Source: an uncultured Porphyromonadaceae bacterium (lineage in GTDB: Bacteria > Bacteroidota > Bacteroidia > Bacteroidales > Muribaculaceae). From it: 64,000 nucleotides of DNA. Both the position numbers and the translations under genes were made by a program. The stretch's first letter is position 1; every line of letters begins with the position of its first letter. The stretch spans positions 16,676-80,675 of the forward strand of contig CAMWXV010000002.1 in the NCBI GenBank assembly GCA_947178305.1, read 5' to 3'. Below are positions 47,648 to 59,687 of this stretch, piece by piece. The notes beneath the pieces were generated by a model. That model was not told the DNA's origin and made no database searches. It saw only the letters and a list, made by a program, of their open reading frames with translations.

Positions 47648-48998
47648 TTCTCTGCTTATTCATAACGCCCGAATCGTAAACGAGGGCGAAATTTTTCACG
47701 GCTGGATACTTGTGGAAGGTGCATTCATAAGCCGTGTGGAACCAGGCGATATACCAGCCGACATCACTGCCGAACGTGTCTTAGATGCACGCGGCAAACT
47801 TCTGCTACCGGGCGTTATTGACACCCATGTACATTTTCGCGATCCGGGGCTCACTCACAAGGGCGACATGGCAACAGAAAGTCATGCCGCAGCCGCCGGC
47901 GGAGTGACATCGTTTATAGATATGCCCAACACCTCTCCGGCCACCACCACGCTTGAAGCCCTGGCAGAAAAAAAAGAACGTGCCGCACAAGTGGCCACAG
48001 CCAACTACGGTTTTTTCATAGGTGCCACAAACTCCAACCTTGACACACTGCTGAATGTGGACTACTCCGAATGTGCAGGTGTCAAACTGTTCTTAGGCTC
48101 CTCAACAGGCAATATGCTGGTCAACGACAACAGCACAATAAGCCGTATATTCAAAGAGGTGCCCGCTTTGATAGCCGTGCACGCCGAAGATGAAAAACTC
48201 ATAGCCGAACGCCGTGCAGCCGTAATAGAACGCTATGGTGAAAACCTGGAGATGGAGTTTCACCCCGTGATAAGAAATCATGAAGTGTGCCGTAGAGCCA
48301 CTGCCACTGCCGTGGAAATGGCTCGCACAACAGGAGCGCGATTGCACGTGTGCCATATCTCCACAGCCGATGAGCTTCAATACTTTGAGCCCGGTTCAGT
48401 AGAAAACAAACGCATCACAGCCGAAACTTGCCCGCAGTATCTCATATTCACCGATGAGGCATATCCCGCGCTTGGCTCACGAATCAAGTGCAACCCCGCA
48501 ATAAAGCGTCCCGCAGACCGAGATGCGTTGCGCGAAGCAGTGGCCAACGGCGTGATTGACACCATAGCCACCGACCATGCCCCGCATCTGCCGCAAGAGA
48601 AACAAGGCGGAGCGTTGCAGGCCGTATCAGGAATGCCAATGATTCAATTCTCCCTGCCTGTAATGATGCAGATGTGCAACGAACAGGAATTTACATTGGA
48701 ACGCATAGTACAGGAGATGTGTCACAACCCGGCATTGATATACAACATTGACCGCCGCGGATTTATTCGTCCGGGTTATTACGCCGATATTGTAATAGCC
48801 GACGACGACTGCGAACCTTATACCATCACTCCCGACTGGGTAGTGAGCCGTTGCGGCTGGACTCCGTTAGAAGGCCTGTCGCTCAACTGCAGGGTGGAAA
48901 TGACCATTCTTAACGGCCGCACTGTATATTCTCAAGGCACAGTGCTGAGCAGCGTACACGGCATGCCGCTGAAATTCAATACCCATAAAAACAAGTAG
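47631..48998 (+). CDS. pyrC: Dihydroorotase
   Basis: PGVIDTHVHFRDPG, DMPNT.P, KCNPAIK, IATDHAPH. Confidence 0.93.
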   Translation: MTNNTDSLLIHNARIVNEGEIFHGWILVEGAFISRVEPGDIPADITAERVLDARGKLLLPGVIDTHVHFRDPGLTHKGDMATESHAAAAGGVTSFIDMPNTSPATTTLEALAEKKERAAQVATANYGFFIGATNSNLDTLLNVDYSECAGVKLFLGSSTGNMLVNDNSTISRIFKEVPALIAVHAEDEKLIAERRAAVIERYGENLEMEFHPVIRNHEVCRRATATAVEMARTTGARLHVCHISTADELQYFEPGSVENKRITAETCPQYLIFTDEAYPALGSRIKCNPAIKRPADRDALREAVANGVIDTIATDHAPHLPQEKQGGALQAVSGMPMIQFSLPVMMQMCNEQEFTLERIVQEMCHNPALIYNIDRRGFIRPGYYADIVIADDDCEPYTITPDWVVSRCGWTPLEGLSLNCRVEMTILNGRTVYSQGTVLSSVHGMPLKFNTHKNK

Positions 48999-49095
48999 CA
49001 ACCGGTTGCGTATTCATAAATATTCAATACCTTTGCCGTACAATTGCATTTGTGCATATTAATACCAAGAAAGCATAATAAATTTTCAACAAATC

Positions 49096-50949
49096 ATGTT
49101 AGAAGAAACCAAGGTAAAAACCCTCGACAAGGTTGTGGTGCGATTCTCCGGCGACTCCGGCGACGGCATGCAACTCGTGGGCAACATCTTCACCAACGTG
49201 TCGGCCGGGATAGGCAATGAAGTTTCCACCTTTCCTGATTATCCCGCTGAGATTCGCGCTCCGCAAGGTTCTTTGGGCGGTGTGTCAGGATTCCAAGTGA
49301 GCGTGGGCAAGTGCGTACACACTCCCGGCGACCAATGCGATGTGCTTGTGGCCATGAATGCCGCAGCCCTGAAACAGAACGCCCGATATGTGAAACATGG
49401 AGGCGTCATAATCATTGACATTGACTCGTTCAAGGAGGCCGATCTCAAAAAAGCCTTATATACCACTTCCGACCCCATAAAAGAACTCGGAATCACCGCT
49501 CAAGTGCTGGAGGTGCCTATCACCACAATGACCAAGGCCGCTTTGGAATCTTCCGGACTTGACAACAAAAGCATCCTGAAATGTCGCAACTTCTTTGCTC
49601 TCGGACTGGTGTGCTGGCTATTTGACCGCCCCATGGAGAGCGTGCTACGTTTCTTGAAAAACAAATTTGCCAAAAAGCCCGCCATCTACGAGGCCAATGC
49701 CAAAGTGCTTCAAGCAGGTCACGATTACGGACACAACATTCACGCAGGCGTAAGCACATATCGCATTGAAAGCGAATCAGCTCGCCCCGGCGTATATACC
49801 GACATCAACGGAAACACAGCCACCGCATGGGGTCTTATCATGGCCTCGGAAAAGAGCGGTCGCCCTCTGTTTCTGGGCAGCTACCCCATAACCCCTGCCA
49901 CCGACATACTCCACGAATTAGCCAAACGCAAAGACCTTGGCGTAAAAGCCGTACAGATGGAAGACGAAATAGCCGGTGTATGCTCCGCCATTGGAGCATC
50001 ATTTGCCGGCAACCTTGCCGTAACCTCCACTTCAGGCCCCGGTTTGGCATTGAAAAGCGAAGGCATAGGATTGGCCGTGATAGCCGAATTGCCATTGGTT
50101 GTCATTGACGTACAGCGCGGAGGTCCGTCTACCGGTTTGCCCACCAAAACCGAGCAAACCGACCTTCTGCAAGCCCTTTACGGTCGCAATGGCGAATCTC
50201 CGGTATGCGTGGTGGCTCCCGCATCGCCCACCGACTGCTTCACCATGGCATTCGAGGCCGCACGCATAGCCATGGAGCATATGACTCCGGTGATACTGCT
50301 GAGCGACGCATTCATAGGCAACGGCTCTTCGGCATGGCGAATACCCGAGGCTGACGAATATCCCGAAATAAAGCCTCCATACCTGCCACAAGAGCGTATT
50401 GATGCCGGCGGCTGGCGGCCTTACGAGCGCCGCCAGGACAACAAGGTGCGCTATTGGGCCATTCCCGGCACAGAAGGAGCCGCACACCGCCTTGGCGGAT
50501 TGGAAAAAGACTACAACACTGGCGCAATAAGCACCGACCCGCTCAACCATGAGAAGATGGTGTACACACGCAGTGAAAAGATTGCCCGCATAGCCCACGA
50601 CATTCCCGCTCTTGAGCTTCTCGGCGATGCCGATGCCGATATTTTGCTCACCGGTTGGGGCGGCACATACGGCCATTTGCGCACTGCCGTTGTAGAACTG
50701 CAACAACAAGGCAAAAAAGTGGCATTCACCCATTTCCGCTACATCAATCCGCTTCCGGCCAACACCGCCGAACTGCTCGGACGCTTCAAGAAAGTGGTGG
50801 TGGCAGAACTCAACACCGGACAATTTGCCGATTATCTACAAGGCAAGTTCCCCAATGTGAAAATAGAGCGCATCAACAAGGTGCAAGGTCAGCCATTCCT
50901 CGTAAAAGAGATTACCGACGGATTGCTTCAAATCATGAATCAAGACTAA
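49096..50949 (+). CDS. korA: 2-oxoacid:ferredoxin oxidoreductase subunit alpha
   Basis: FSGDSGDGMQ, YPAEIRAP, SYPITPA, QRGGPSTGLPTK.EQ. Confidence 0.92.
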   Translation: MLEETKVKTLDKVVVRFSGDSGDGMQLVGNIFTNVSAGIGNEVSTFPDYPAEIRAPQGSLGGVSGFQVSVGKCVHTPGDQCDVLVAMNAAALKQNARYVKHGGVIIIDIDSFKEADLKKALYTTSDPIKELGITAQVLEVPITTMTKAALESSGLDNKSILKCRNFFALGLVCWLFDRPMESVLRFLKNKFAKKPAIYEANAKVLQAGHDYGHNIHAGVSTYRIESESARPGVYTDINGNTATAWGLIMASEKSGRPLFLGSYPITPATDILHELAKRKDLGVKAVQMEDEIAGVCSAIGASFAGNLAVTSTSGPGLALKSEGIGLAVIAELPLVVIDVQRGGPSTGLPTKTEQTDLLQALYGRNGESPVCVVAPASPTDCFTMAFEAARIAMEHMTPVILLSDAFIGNGSSAWRIPEADEYPEIKPPYLPQERIDAGGWRPYERRQDNKVRYWAIPGTEGAAHRLGGLEKDYNTGAISTDPLNHEKMVYTRSEKIARIAHDIPALELLGDADADILLTGWGGTYGHLRTAVVELQQQGKKVAFTHFRYINPLPANTAELLGRFKKVVVAELNTGQFADYLQGKFPNVKIERINKVQGQPFLVKEITDGLLQIMNQD

Positions 50950-50952
50950 CTT

Positions 50953-51966
50953 ATGGACACTCAGCAATATACCCCCGCAAACTATAAAAGCGACCAACCG
51001 GTGCGCTGGTGCCCCGGTTGCGGCGACCACGCCATTCTCAACTCGCTCCACAAGGCTATGGCCGCAGTAGGCGTCCCACCACACAAAACAGCCGTGATAT
51101 CCGGTATCGGATGCTCGTCACGACTCCCATACTACATGAACACCTACGGGTTCCACACCATTCACGGACGCGCCGCGGCAATAGCCACCGGTTTCAAAGT
51201 GGCCAACCCGGAAATGACCGTATGGCAGATTTCGGGCGACGGCGACGGCCTCGCCATCGGAGGCAACCATTTCATCCACGCCGTGCGACGCAACATTGAC
51301 ATAAACATGTTGCTGCTCAACAACAAGATATATGGCCTGACCAAAGGACAGTACTCCCCTACGTCCGATAGAGGTTTCATATCCAAATCATCGCCCTACG
51401 GCACAACCGAAGACCCCTTTATTCCCGCAGAACTGGTATTCGGTGCCCGAGGCAATTTCTTTGCCCGCACCATCGATGTGGAACTGGGCGTGTCGCAGGA
51501 AGTGCTCACCGCAGCAGCACTCCACAAAGGCACATCGGTCGTGGAGCTGTTGCAGAACTGCGTGATTTACAACAACGGCATTCATAATTTCATTACCGAC
51601 CGCGAAAACCGCGCAGACCGTACCATACATCTTGAGCACGGCAAGAAAATGCTGTTTGGCAAAGAATTGAACCGTGGCTTGGTTCAAAACGGCTTCCTGC
51701 TCAAAGCCGTGGAGATAGGCAAAGACGGCTACACCATGGATGATGTGCTGGTGCACGATGCTCACACACCGAGCAATTTCCTTCACCAGCAACTGGCCAT
51801 GATGGACGGTCATGAACTGCCATTGGCAATAGGAGTGATTCGCGACGTGGCAGCTCCATCCTACAATGAAGAGGTTGATCGTCAGGTCAAGGAAGTACGA
51901 GCCAAGAAAGGATTTGACTCCCTGCGCTCCATGATTTTGGCAGGTGAGACATGGGAAGTAAAGTAA
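50953..51966 (+). CDS. korB: 2-oxoacid:ferredoxin oxidoreductase subunit beta
   Basis: WCPGCGD, SGIGCSSR, GDGD.LAIGGNH, YGLTKGQYSPT. Confidence 0.93.
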   Translation: MDTQQYTPANYKSDQPVRWCPGCGDHAILNSLHKAMAAVGVPPHKTAVISGIGCSSRLPYYMNTYGFHTIHGRAAAIATGFKVANPEMTVWQISGDGDGLAIGGNHFIHAVRRNIDINMLLLNNKIYGLTKGQYSPTSDRGFISKSSPYGTTEDPFIPAELVFGARGNFFARTIDVELGVSQEVLTAAALHKGTSVVELLQNCVIYNNGIHNFITDRENRADRTIHLEHGKKMLFGKELNRGLVQNGFLLKAVEIGKDGYTMDDVLVHDAHTPSNFLHQQLAMMDGHELPLAIGVIRDVAAPSYNEEVDRQVKEVRAKKGFDSLRSMILAGETWEVK

Positions 51967-51992
51967 CTCCCATTGCTTCACGCACAATACTT

Positions 51993-52020
51993 GCAAGAGC
52001 ATCCTTCGGGGTGCTCTTGC
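51993..52020 (+). terminator. Hairpin with UUCG tetraloop after korB
   Basis: GCAAGAGCATCC-TTCG-GGGTGCTCTTGC; weak U-tail. Confidence 0.7.
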
Positions 52021-52128
52021 TGCGTTAAAAATATACGTGACGGCAATAATCGGCAACTTTTGCAGTTATATTATTGATATAACTATATTGTTGTACAAAT
52101 TTTTTCAACTCTGACATATCTGTTTTTC

Positions 52129-53343
52129 ATGAACAATATTCTCAAGATTGTATGCTTAGGACTCGGTATACTCATGGCATACCCCGCAGCCTTGGCACAG
52201 GATAAAAACGATTTCAACCCTGTACAGACAGGTGTCACATCGCTCAGCATTGCCCCCGATGCCCGCGCCGCCTCAATGGGCGACATAGGTGCCGCCACCG
52301 ACCCTGACGCAAACTCTCAATTCTGGAATCCGTCAAAATACGCTTTCGCCTACAGCACAGCCGCCGCAAGCATAAGCTACACTCCATGGCTGCGCAAACT
52401 TGTAAACGACATATTTTTGGCCAATCTTGCCGGATACTGGAAAATCGGCTCGGGCGACAATCAGGCCATATCTGCGTCATTGCGCTACTTCTCTTTGGGT
52501 GAAGTGACCACAAACGACCAAGGAAGCTCCGTGGCCGCACAAACGCTAAACCCCTATGAAATGTCGTTTGACCTGGGTTATTCGCGCAAATTGAGCGAAA
52601 AATTCTCAATGGGTGTAGTGTTTCGCTACATCTATTCCGACCTCGGCTTCTCCGATTCATACGCCGGCAACCAAACATCAGGAGCAAGCGCATTTGCAGC
52701 CGACATCTCCGGTTACTTTGTCACCTACCCCATGGTAGGCCGCAACGAATGTCAATGGGCATGGGGATGGAACATATCCAACATCGGTACAAAAGTGTCG
52801 TACAACAACGGAAATGACCCTGCATTCCTGCCCACCAACCTGCGCCTCGGCACATCATTCATGTTCCCCTTGGCCGACTACCACAACCTTGCCATAAACC
52901 TTGATTTGAACAAGATGCTCGTGCCCACACGCCCGCGCCGCAAAGATTTTGACAGCGAAGGGAAAGACGAGCTGGATGTGGACCGCGAATACGACGAAGC
53001 CCTCGAGAAATGGGAAAACATGTCACCCATCACCGGTATATTCAAATCGTTTGGTGACGCTCCGGGCGGATTCAGCGAAGAGCTCAAGGAGATCAACTGG
53101 GGCTTCGGTGCCGAATACAACTACAACCAGCAGTTCTTTGTACGTGCCGGCTACAATTACGAAAACGCCATGAAAGGCAACCGCAAATACTTCAGCATGG
53201 GCGCGGGATTCTCACTCAACGTGGTGCGACTGGATGCAGCATACATGATAGCTACCGCACAGTCATCACCTCTTGACCAGACCCTCCGATTCACCCTCAC
53301 ATTTGATATGGACGGCCTTAAAGAACTTCTTGGCAAACGATAA
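52129..53343 (+). CDS. porV: Type IX secretion system outer membrane shuttle PorV
   Basis: [41 protein letters not shown]. Confidence 0.93.
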   Translation: MNNILKIVCLGLGILMAYPAALAQDKNDFNPVQTGVTSLSIAPDARAASMGDIGAATDPDANSQFWNPSKYAFAYSTAAASISYTPWLRKLVNDIFLANLAGYWKIGSGDNQAISASLRYFSLGEVTTNDQGSSVAAQTLNPYEMSFDLGYSRKLSEKFSMGVVFRYIYSDLGFSDSYAGNQTSGASAFAADISGYFVTYPMVGRNECQWAWGWNISNIGTKVSYNNGNDPAFLPTNLRLGTSFMFPLADYHNLAINLDLNKMLVPTRPRRKDFDSEGKDELDVDREYDEALEKWENMSPITGIFKSFGDAPGGFSEELKEINWGFGAEYNYNQQFFVRAGYNYENAMKGNRKYFSMGAGFSLNVVRLDAAYMIATAQSSPLDQTLRFTLTFDMDGLKELLGKR

Positions 53344-53344
53344 T

Positions 53345-53836
53345 ATGAGCACGATTCCAAACATAAGAGTGGGCACCGGCTTTGATGTCCACAGCTTTGC
53401 ACCCCAGCGCCGCCTTGTGATATGCGGCGTGGAAATACCTTATGAACTTGGTCTTTTAGGCCACAGCGATGCCGATGTGGCATTACACGCCTTGGCCGAC
53501 GCACTGCTTGGCGCAGCAGCCATGCACGATATAGGCTATCATTTTCCCGACACGTCTTCCGATTGGGAAGGAGCCGACTCAAGAGTGCTTCTACGCAAAG
53601 TCGTTGAGTTGATAGGCCGTAACGGCTACGCCGTGGGCAACGCCGATGTCACAATCATAGCGCAAGCCCCAAAAATGCTGCCGCATATAGAGCATATGCG
53701 CGCCAACGTGGCCGCAGACCTTGGTGTGGAGATAGACAGAGTATCGGTCAAGGCCACAACCACAGAGCGACTTGGGTTCACCGGCCGCAAGGAAGGCATA
53801 GCCGCAATGGCCTCAGTCCTTATATTCAAGCAGTAA
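53345..53836 (+). CDS. ispF: 2-C-methyl-D-erythritol 2,4-cyclodiphosphate synthase
   Basis: [35 protein letters not shown]. Confidence 0.97.
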   Translation: MSTIPNIRVGTGFDVHSFAPQRRLVICGVEIPYELGLLGHSDADVALHALADALLGAAAMHDIGYHFPDTSSDWEGADSRVLLRKVVELIGRNGYAVGNADVTIIAQAPKMLPHIEHMRANVAADLGVEIDRVSVKATTTERLGFTGRKEGIAAMASVLIFKQ

Positions 53837-53839
53837 TTA

Positions 53840-55207
53840 TCAACTTGGCAGAGCGCTAAGTATGCGCCACGCCGCCGGATACAGGTTATTGGCTCTGTTG
53901 CCGAGATTCTTCACAAACCCAAGCGGTTTGCCGCCATATGTGAGAAGCACCATCCCCTTGGAAGTACCTTCGGGGAGCTGCACCGCCTCATGACGTAGAT
54001 AAGTCAGCGCTGTTGTGCGATTCACCTCACATTCGGAAAACGCACCCCTTTGAAGCATATCGCTCATGGCAAGATCCTGCGTGGGAATCAGCGACTTGCC
54101 CTTGATTACGGCTACAAGCGTACGCGGGCGCAATTCATCACTCGCATCAAACCCTCCGGGCACGCACCACACATTTTCTCCATCGCTTTCAAATTTGGCT
54201 TCGTACTCCGGTTTTATCCATCCGGCAACATCGCGAGCCACCTCGGGAAATTTAGCTGTTTTCTCACCCTTTTTACGCTTCGGCTTGCGAACCTCCGATA
54301 CATAATCATCATCAACCGGTTTGCGCACCACTGCCATGAACAGACCCTCGCCACGTAAGTTTTGCGGCATGAAGCGACACACCGGCAAATCACCGACAAC
54401 GGCTCCGGCCACGCCCCACTCAGCGGGCACATCAATATTCACCGGTTCGGCACCGTACTCGTCAACCATGTGCCGTACCATATCCTCATTCTCGGTAACA
54501 TTGAAAGTACAAGTGCTATAAACCATATATCCGCCTGGACGCAATGCCGGCCAAAGATTGGCTATGATTTCGCGCTGGCGGGCAGCGCACTGCTCCACAA
54601 GTCCCTCGCTCCATTGCGCCACAGCCTCGGCATCCTTGCGCATCATTCCTTCTCCTGAGCACGGCACATCGGCGGCAATTATGTCAAATCGTCCGGGATG
54701 TTTGCGAAACTGAGCCGTATCCCCCTTTGTAACGGTTGCATACGGGCAACCCCACTTAACAAGGTTCTCACGCAATATGGCCGCACGACCGGGCACAAAC
54801 TCATTGGCCACCACATGACTACCCCAGAGAAGAGCATCAATGGCCGTCGTGGTCTTGCCTCCGGGAGCGGCGCAGGCATCAAGATAACTTACAGGCTCTG
54901 AACCGACCAATCGCCCCAGCACATATCCTATGAACATTGACGATGCATCCTGCACATAGTAGCGCCCCTGATGCAAAGCCGGATCAAAAGTAAATTGCGG
55001 CCTTTGAGCCAGATATTCACCAGATTTGCACCACGGCACAAAATCGGCATCCTCATTCATTGGCTCACCTTTGCGCAAATTATGACGCACCGACACCACA
55101 GGGTCGGTAGTGGCGAGCGCATGAGTCAGCGCAGTAGCCAAACCGCTGTTCACCTGCTCCATACGAGCGGTGAACAGCGGTGGTATATTACGTTTTATCT
55201 CCGACAT
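53840..55207 (-). CDS. RsmB/RsmF (NOL1/NOP2) rRNA cytosine-C5 methyltransferase
   Basis: YVQDASSM, DACAAPGGKT, DVPCSGEGM, YSTCT...ENE. Confidence 0.92.
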   Translation of the reverse strand: MSEIKRNIPPLFTARMEQVNSGLATALTHALATTDPVVSVRHNLRKGEPMNEDADFVPWCKSGEYLAQRPQFTFDPALHQGRYYVQDASSMFIGYVLGRLVGSEPVSYLDACAAPGGKTTTAIDALLWGSHVVANEFVPGRAAILRENLVKWGCPYATVTKGDTAQFRKHPGRFDIIAADVPCSGEGMMRKDAEAVAQWSEGLVEQCAARQREIIANLWPALRPGGYMVYSTCTFNVTENEDMVRHMVDEYGAEPVNIDVPAEWGVAGAVVGDLPVCRFMPQNLRGEGLFMAVVRKPVDDDYVSEVRKPKRKKGEKTAKFPEVARDVAGWIKPEYEAKFESDGENVWCVPGGFDASDELRPRTLVAVIKGKSLIPTQDLAMSDMLQRGAFSECEVNRTTALTYLRHEAVQLPEGTSKGMVLLTYGGKPLGFVKNLGNRANNLYPAAWRILSALPS

Positions 55208-56184
55208 TATATTGACAGGCGGCGCAGAGTGTCAAGCAAATTGCGGTTGATAGGCTTATCGTTCTTGATAGCCTTGGTGAAAGGCACATACACGATTTCG
55301 TCATTGCGGATACCTATCATCACATTGCGCTGGTCGTCAAGCAAGGCATCTATGGCTGCCGCTCCCATACGCGACGCCAAGATACGGTCGTGAGCCGTAG
55401 GACTGCCGCCACGCTGCAAATGGCCAAGAATGGACACACGCACATCATAGCCAGGATACTCTGTTTTCACACGTTCGGCAAGACCCATTGCACCACCGGT
55501 AACAGGACTTTCGGCCACAAGCACTATAGATGAGTTCTTGCTCTTGCGGAAACCGTTCTGAATCAACTCCGCAAGCTGGTCCACCTGAGTGCTGATTTCG
55601 GGAATGATAGCGGCTTCGGCACCCGATGCAATAGCACCGTTGAGAGCAAGGAATCCCGCATCGCGCCCCATGACTTCAATAAAGAACAAACGCTCGTGGC
55701 TGGTGGCCGTGTCGCGGATTTTGTCCACACACTCCATAATGGTGTTGAGCGCTGTGTCATAACCAATAGTGGTATCGGTGCCATAAAGGTCATTGTCAAT
55801 GGTGCCAGGCAAACCGATAATAGGGAAATTATATTCCTTGGCAAATATGCGGGCACCGGTCAAAGAACCGTCACCACCTATCACCACAAGCGCGTCTATT
55901 TCGTGACGCTTCATGTTGTCGTAGGCCAATTGGCGACCTTCAGGAGTCTGGAACTCCGGACAACGTGCAGTTTTCAAGATAGTACCACCCATCTGAATGA
56001 TGTTTGACACATTCTGAGTCTTGAACTCCTGAATCTCATCCGAAATCAAACCTTTGAAACCACGATAAATACCTTTGACTTTAAATCCGCTGAAAATCGC
56101 CGATCGGGTCACGGCGCGAATGGCGGCATTCATACCGGGAGCGTCACCACCCGAGGTCAATATGCCTATACACTTAACATCCAT
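55207..56184 (-). CDS. pfkA: ATP-dependent 6-phosphofructokinase
   Basis: [36 protein letters not shown]. Confidence 0.97.
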   Translation of the reverse strand: MDVKCIGILTSGGDAPGMNAAIRAVTRSAIFSGFKVKGIYRGFKGLISDEIQEFKTQNVSNIIQMGGTILKTARCPEFQTPEGRQLAYDNMKRHEIDALVVIGGDGSLTGARIFAKEYNFPIIGLPGTIDNDLYGTDTTIGYDTALNTIMECVDKIRDTATSHERLFFIEVMGRDAGFLALNGAIASGAEAAIIPEISTQVDQLAELIQNGFRKSKNSSIVLVAESPVTGGAMGLAERVKTEYPGYDVRVSILGHLQRGGSPTAHDRILASRMGAAAIDALLDDQRNVMIGIRNDEIVYVPFTKAIKNDKPINRNLLDTLRRLSI

Positions 56185-56199
56185 ACTGTTGAGAGATTA

Positions 56200-56697
56200 T
56201 TATTTTACTTGTTCTATCACATATTTCGAAGCACCACGCCAAGGCAAAGTGCCATAATATTTTTTATAAACCAGCATCACCGAACGACCGGAGCCTTGCA
56301 TCTCCTGAAGCCTGTGAACCAAAGCCGGATTATCCACCGAAAAGCTCAGGTTATGCGAATAAACCCTTGTTGTATCTGTCAATGCCTGTTCCGAAATCAC
56401 ATCCACTTCATAGGTTTTGAACACTAATCCGCGCTTTTCCACTCCGGTCACATACCCGGTCACACGGCAGTCTGTGGCATATGGATTCATATAACGCAAC
56501 CAAAATGCCACGCCAAGTACCACAGCACATATCACAATCGTCCACCACAACATTCGCACCCAGCGGCTACGACCTTTCTTGGTCTCGGGCACCACCTCTT
56601 TTTCTTCAAACGAAATTGTATGGCGACCCGGCACCTGCTCAGGCTGTGGAGAACTCTCTTCTGTAAAATAATCAGGTTTATTATCGTCCAGAAACAT
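56200..56697 (-). CDS. Single-pass membrane hypothetical protein
   Basis: One TM helix, then VEKRGLVFKTYE and Y....LPWRG.S motifs. Confidence 0.7.
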   Translation of the reverse strand: MFLDDNKPDYFTEESSPQPEQVPGRHTISFEEKEVVPETKKGRSRWVRMLWWTIVICAVVLGVAFWLRYMNPYATDCRVTGYVTGVEKRGLVFKTYEVDVISEQALTDTTRVYSHNLSFSVDNPALVHRLQEMQGSGRSVMLVYKKYYGTLPWRGASKYVIEQVK

Positions 56698-57736
56698 CTG
56701 CAATTTTTTTAGAGGCACGCCGCTTGCCCACGGCTATGCACACAAAGGTGAATATACCAAGAACTATCAGCAATAGTGTCTGAGAACCCATTACAAGATT
56801 GGCAAACGACACCCTGTATGTATAACTCAATTCAGGAATAGCAGAAGCATATATGCCCAATCCCCACACTATGGCATACTGCCAAGGACCGAGACCTCCG
56901 TTGCTCGGCACCCCCATGGCAATGCTTGACAGCACGAAGCACACCAGCACCGCCAATGCACCATAATCGTGCACCACCTGAGCCGTTGCCGGAAACGCGA
57001 AAAAAGCCACAAACAACTGCATGAAATAGCAGCCCCATATGCACAGAGTGAACAGTAGCCAACGCCCTTTTCCGGGCATAGTGGCAATAACGGCAAACCC
57101 CGCCCATAAACCTTTGCTGAATTCCTTGATTTTCTTTATCAACTTATTGTCGGGCAGCAGGCAGAACAATGCAACAACACCGGCCACTACAAATGCAACA
57201 CCAGTCCATAACCACGGACTTGACATCAAAGCTATCACTTTTTCAAACAAACCGCTGTTTTGAGCGAGATAATCGCCCAAAACACTGCCCGCCAAAACAA
57301 ATGTTGTGGCCGTGAGCAGAGCCACAGTCACAGTGTCGGCAAGTCGTTCAGCAACCATAGAACCGAACACCTCCGTAAACGGAGCCTTCTGTCGCTGTGC
57401 TATATAAGTGGTGCGCCACAACTCTCCGAGTCGAGGCAGCACAAGATTCACCGCATATGTACCGAATATGCTCAAAATCAGCACAAACAGTGGCACCTTT
57501 ATACCCAAAGCCTTGAGCTGGATGCTCCACCGCATGGCACGGAACACATGAGAGAACACACTGATCACAAGAGCCAGCACTATCCACCAATAGTTGCAAT
57601 AATCACGGATTATCGCAGACATTTCATTTACATCCACACCTGTAAGAAGCAGATAGCACAAGCCTACGGTTATGATAAGTGGCACACCGTACTTCATGAA
57701 ATACGACAGCGCCGTCTTGACAACACTTTGTTTCAT
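56681..57736 (-). CDS. Lysylphosphatidylglycerol synthase TM / flippase-like domain protein
   Basis: SHVFRAMRW, YAVNLVLPRLGE, ERLAD, P..GGLGPW; start supported by TATTTTTG 4 nt upstream. Confidence 0.88.
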   Translation of the reverse strand: MKQSVVKTALSYFMKYGVPLIITVGLCYLLLTGVDVNEMSAIIRDYCNYWWIVLALVISVFSHVFRAMRWSIQLKALGIKVPLFVLILSIFGTYAVNLVLPRLGELWRTTYIAQRQKAPFTEVFGSMVAERLADTVTVALLTATTFVLAGSVLGDYLAQNSGLFEKVIALMSSPWLWTGVAFVVAGVVALFCLLPDNKLIKKIKEFSKGLWAGFAVIATMPGKGRWLLFTLCIWGCYFMQLFVAFFAFPATAQVVHDYGALAVLVCFVLSSIAMGVPSNGGLGPWQYAIVWGLGIYASAIPELSYTYRVSFANLVMGSQTLLLIVLGIFTFVCIAVGKRRASKKIADVSGR

Positions 57737-57903
57737 TTTGCAAAAATATACAAATCCCACAATAGTAAAAAACAATTCCATTTGATTTTTCATTGCCCTG
57801 TCCACACCCATTACTAAATTTCTTTAAAAAAATTTTTTTCTGTTGTTTATAGCAATTAATGCCTATATTTGCATTAATAATACGAAATCTATATCCATTA
57901 CTC

Positions 57904-59679
57904 ATGAAAAAATATCCAAAAATCGGCATACGCCCCACTATTGACGGCCGTCAAGGTGGTGTACGTGAAAGCCTTGAAGAGAAAACCATGAGCCTGGCAA
58001 AAGCCGTGGCCAACCTAATAAGCTCCAACCTCCGTAACGGTGACGGCACACCGGTAGAATGTGTAATCGCCGACACAACGATAGGCCGTGTGGCCGAAGC
58101 TGCCGCATGCGCTGAAAAATTTGAGCGCGAAGGCGTAGGAGCCACTATCACTGTCACTTCTTGCTGGTGCTATGGATCTGAGACAATGGATATGAATCCG
58201 CATTGGCCCAAAGCCGTATGGGGATTCAACGGCACCGAACGCCCCGGAGCTGTTTACCTTGCTGCCGTACTCGCGGCTCACGCTCAAAAAGGGCTACCTG
58301 CATTCGGCATCTACGGCCACGACGTACAGGATCTGGACGACAACTCCATTCCCGATGACGTTGCAGAGAAACTACTGCGCTTTGCCCGCTCAGCAATGGC
58401 CGTAGCCTGCATGCGAGGCAAAAGCTACCTGTCTATCGGCAGCATGTGCATGGGAATAGCCGGCTCCATCGTTGACCCCGACTTTTTCCAGGAATACCTT
58501 GGCATGCGCAACGAATCTGTAGACGAAACCGAGATACTCCGCCGCATGGAAGAAGGGATCTACGACCATGAGGAATACCAGAAAGCCATGGCATGGACCG
58601 AGAAATACTGCAAAACCAACGAAGGTGAAGATTTCAAAAACCGTCCGGAAAAACGCAAAACACGCGAGCAGAAAGATGCCGACTGGGAATTTGTCGTGAA
58701 AATGATGATCATTGTACGTGACCTCATGATAGGCAATCCAAAACTCAAAGAACTCGGATTCAAAGAAGAGTCCCTTGGCCACAACGCCATAGCGGGAGGT
58801 TTTCAGGGACAGCGCCAGTGGACCGACTGGAAACCCAATGGTGACTACACAGAAGCCCTCATGAACACCTCCTTTGACTGGAACGGCATACGCGAAGCAT
58901 TCGTACTCGCCACAGAAAATGATGCCTGCAACGGTGTGGCAATGCTATTCGGCCATCTGCTCACCGGTATGGGACAAATGTTCTCCGATGTGCGCACATA
59001 TTGGAGTCCCGAAGCCGTGAAACGTGTCACCGGCAAAGAACTAACCGGACGCGCCTCCAATGGCATAATCCACCTCATCAATTCCGGTGCCACCACCCTT
59101 GACGCCACAGGCGAAAGCATCAATGCCAACGGTGAACACTGCATGAAACCATCTTGGGAAATGACCGAAAAAGACATGGAAGCATGCCTCAAAGCCACAA
59201 CCTGGTACCCGGCCGACCGCGACTACTTCCGTGGAGGCGGCTTCTCCAGCAACTTCCTTAGCCATGGCGGCATGCCCGTAACCATGATGCGCCTCAACCT
59301 CGTCAAAGGTCTCGGCCCTGTGTTACAGATCGCAGAAGGATGGACAGTGGAAATAGACCCCGAAATAAACAAAACTCTTGACAAACGCACCGACCCCACA
59401 TGGCCCACCACATGGTTCGTGCCACGTTTGTGCGACAAACCCGCTTTCCGTGACGTTTATTCAGTTATGAACAATTGGGGAGCCAACCACGGCGCAATAT
59501 CCTATGGACATATAGGCCAGGACCTCATCACACTTGCCTCCATGCTCCGCATTCCTGTATGCATGCACAATGTGGATGACGACAAGATTTTCCGTCCGTC
59601 GGCATGGAACGCATTCGGCATGGACAAAGAAGGCTCCGACTACCGCGCTTGCAAAAACTATGGTCCAATCTACAAATAA
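57904..59679 (+). CDS. fucI: L-fucose isomerase
   Basis: [43 protein letters not shown]. Confidence 0.97.
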   Translation: MKKYPKIGIRPTIDGRQGGVRESLEEKTMSLAKAVANLISSNLRNGDGTPVECVIADTTIGRVAEAAACAEKFEREGVGATITVTSCWCYGSETMDMNPHWPKAVWGFNGTERPGAVYLAAVLAAHAQKGLPAFGIYGHDVQDLDDNSIPDDVAEKLLRFARSAMAVACMRGKSYLSIGSMCMGIAGSIVDPDFFQEYLGMRNESVDETEILRRMEEGIYDHEEYQKAMAWTEKYCKTNEGEDFKNRPEKRKTREQKDADWEFVVKMMIIVRDLMIGNPKLKELGFKEESLGHNAIAGGFQGQRQWTDWKPNGDYTEALMNTSFDWNGIREAFVLATENDACNGVAMLFGHLLTGMGQMFSDVRTYWSPEAVKRVTGKELTGRASNGIIHLINSGATTLDATGESINANGEHCMKPSWEMTEKDMEACLKATTWYPADRDYFRGGGFSSNFLSHGGMPVTMMRLNLVKGLGPVLQIAEGWTVEIDPEINKTLDKRTDPTWPTTWFVPRLCDKPAFRDVYSVMNNWGANHGAISYGHIGQDLITLASMLRIPVCMHNVDDDKIFRPSAWNAFGMDKEGSDYRACKNYGPIYK

Positions 59680-59687
59680 TCGCACCC

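Noticed and set aside
49049-49068. Possible Rex operator upstream of korA (TTGTGCATATTAATACCAA)
   Set aside because: Only the left half matches TTGTGAA-N4-TTCACAA; too degenerate to call.
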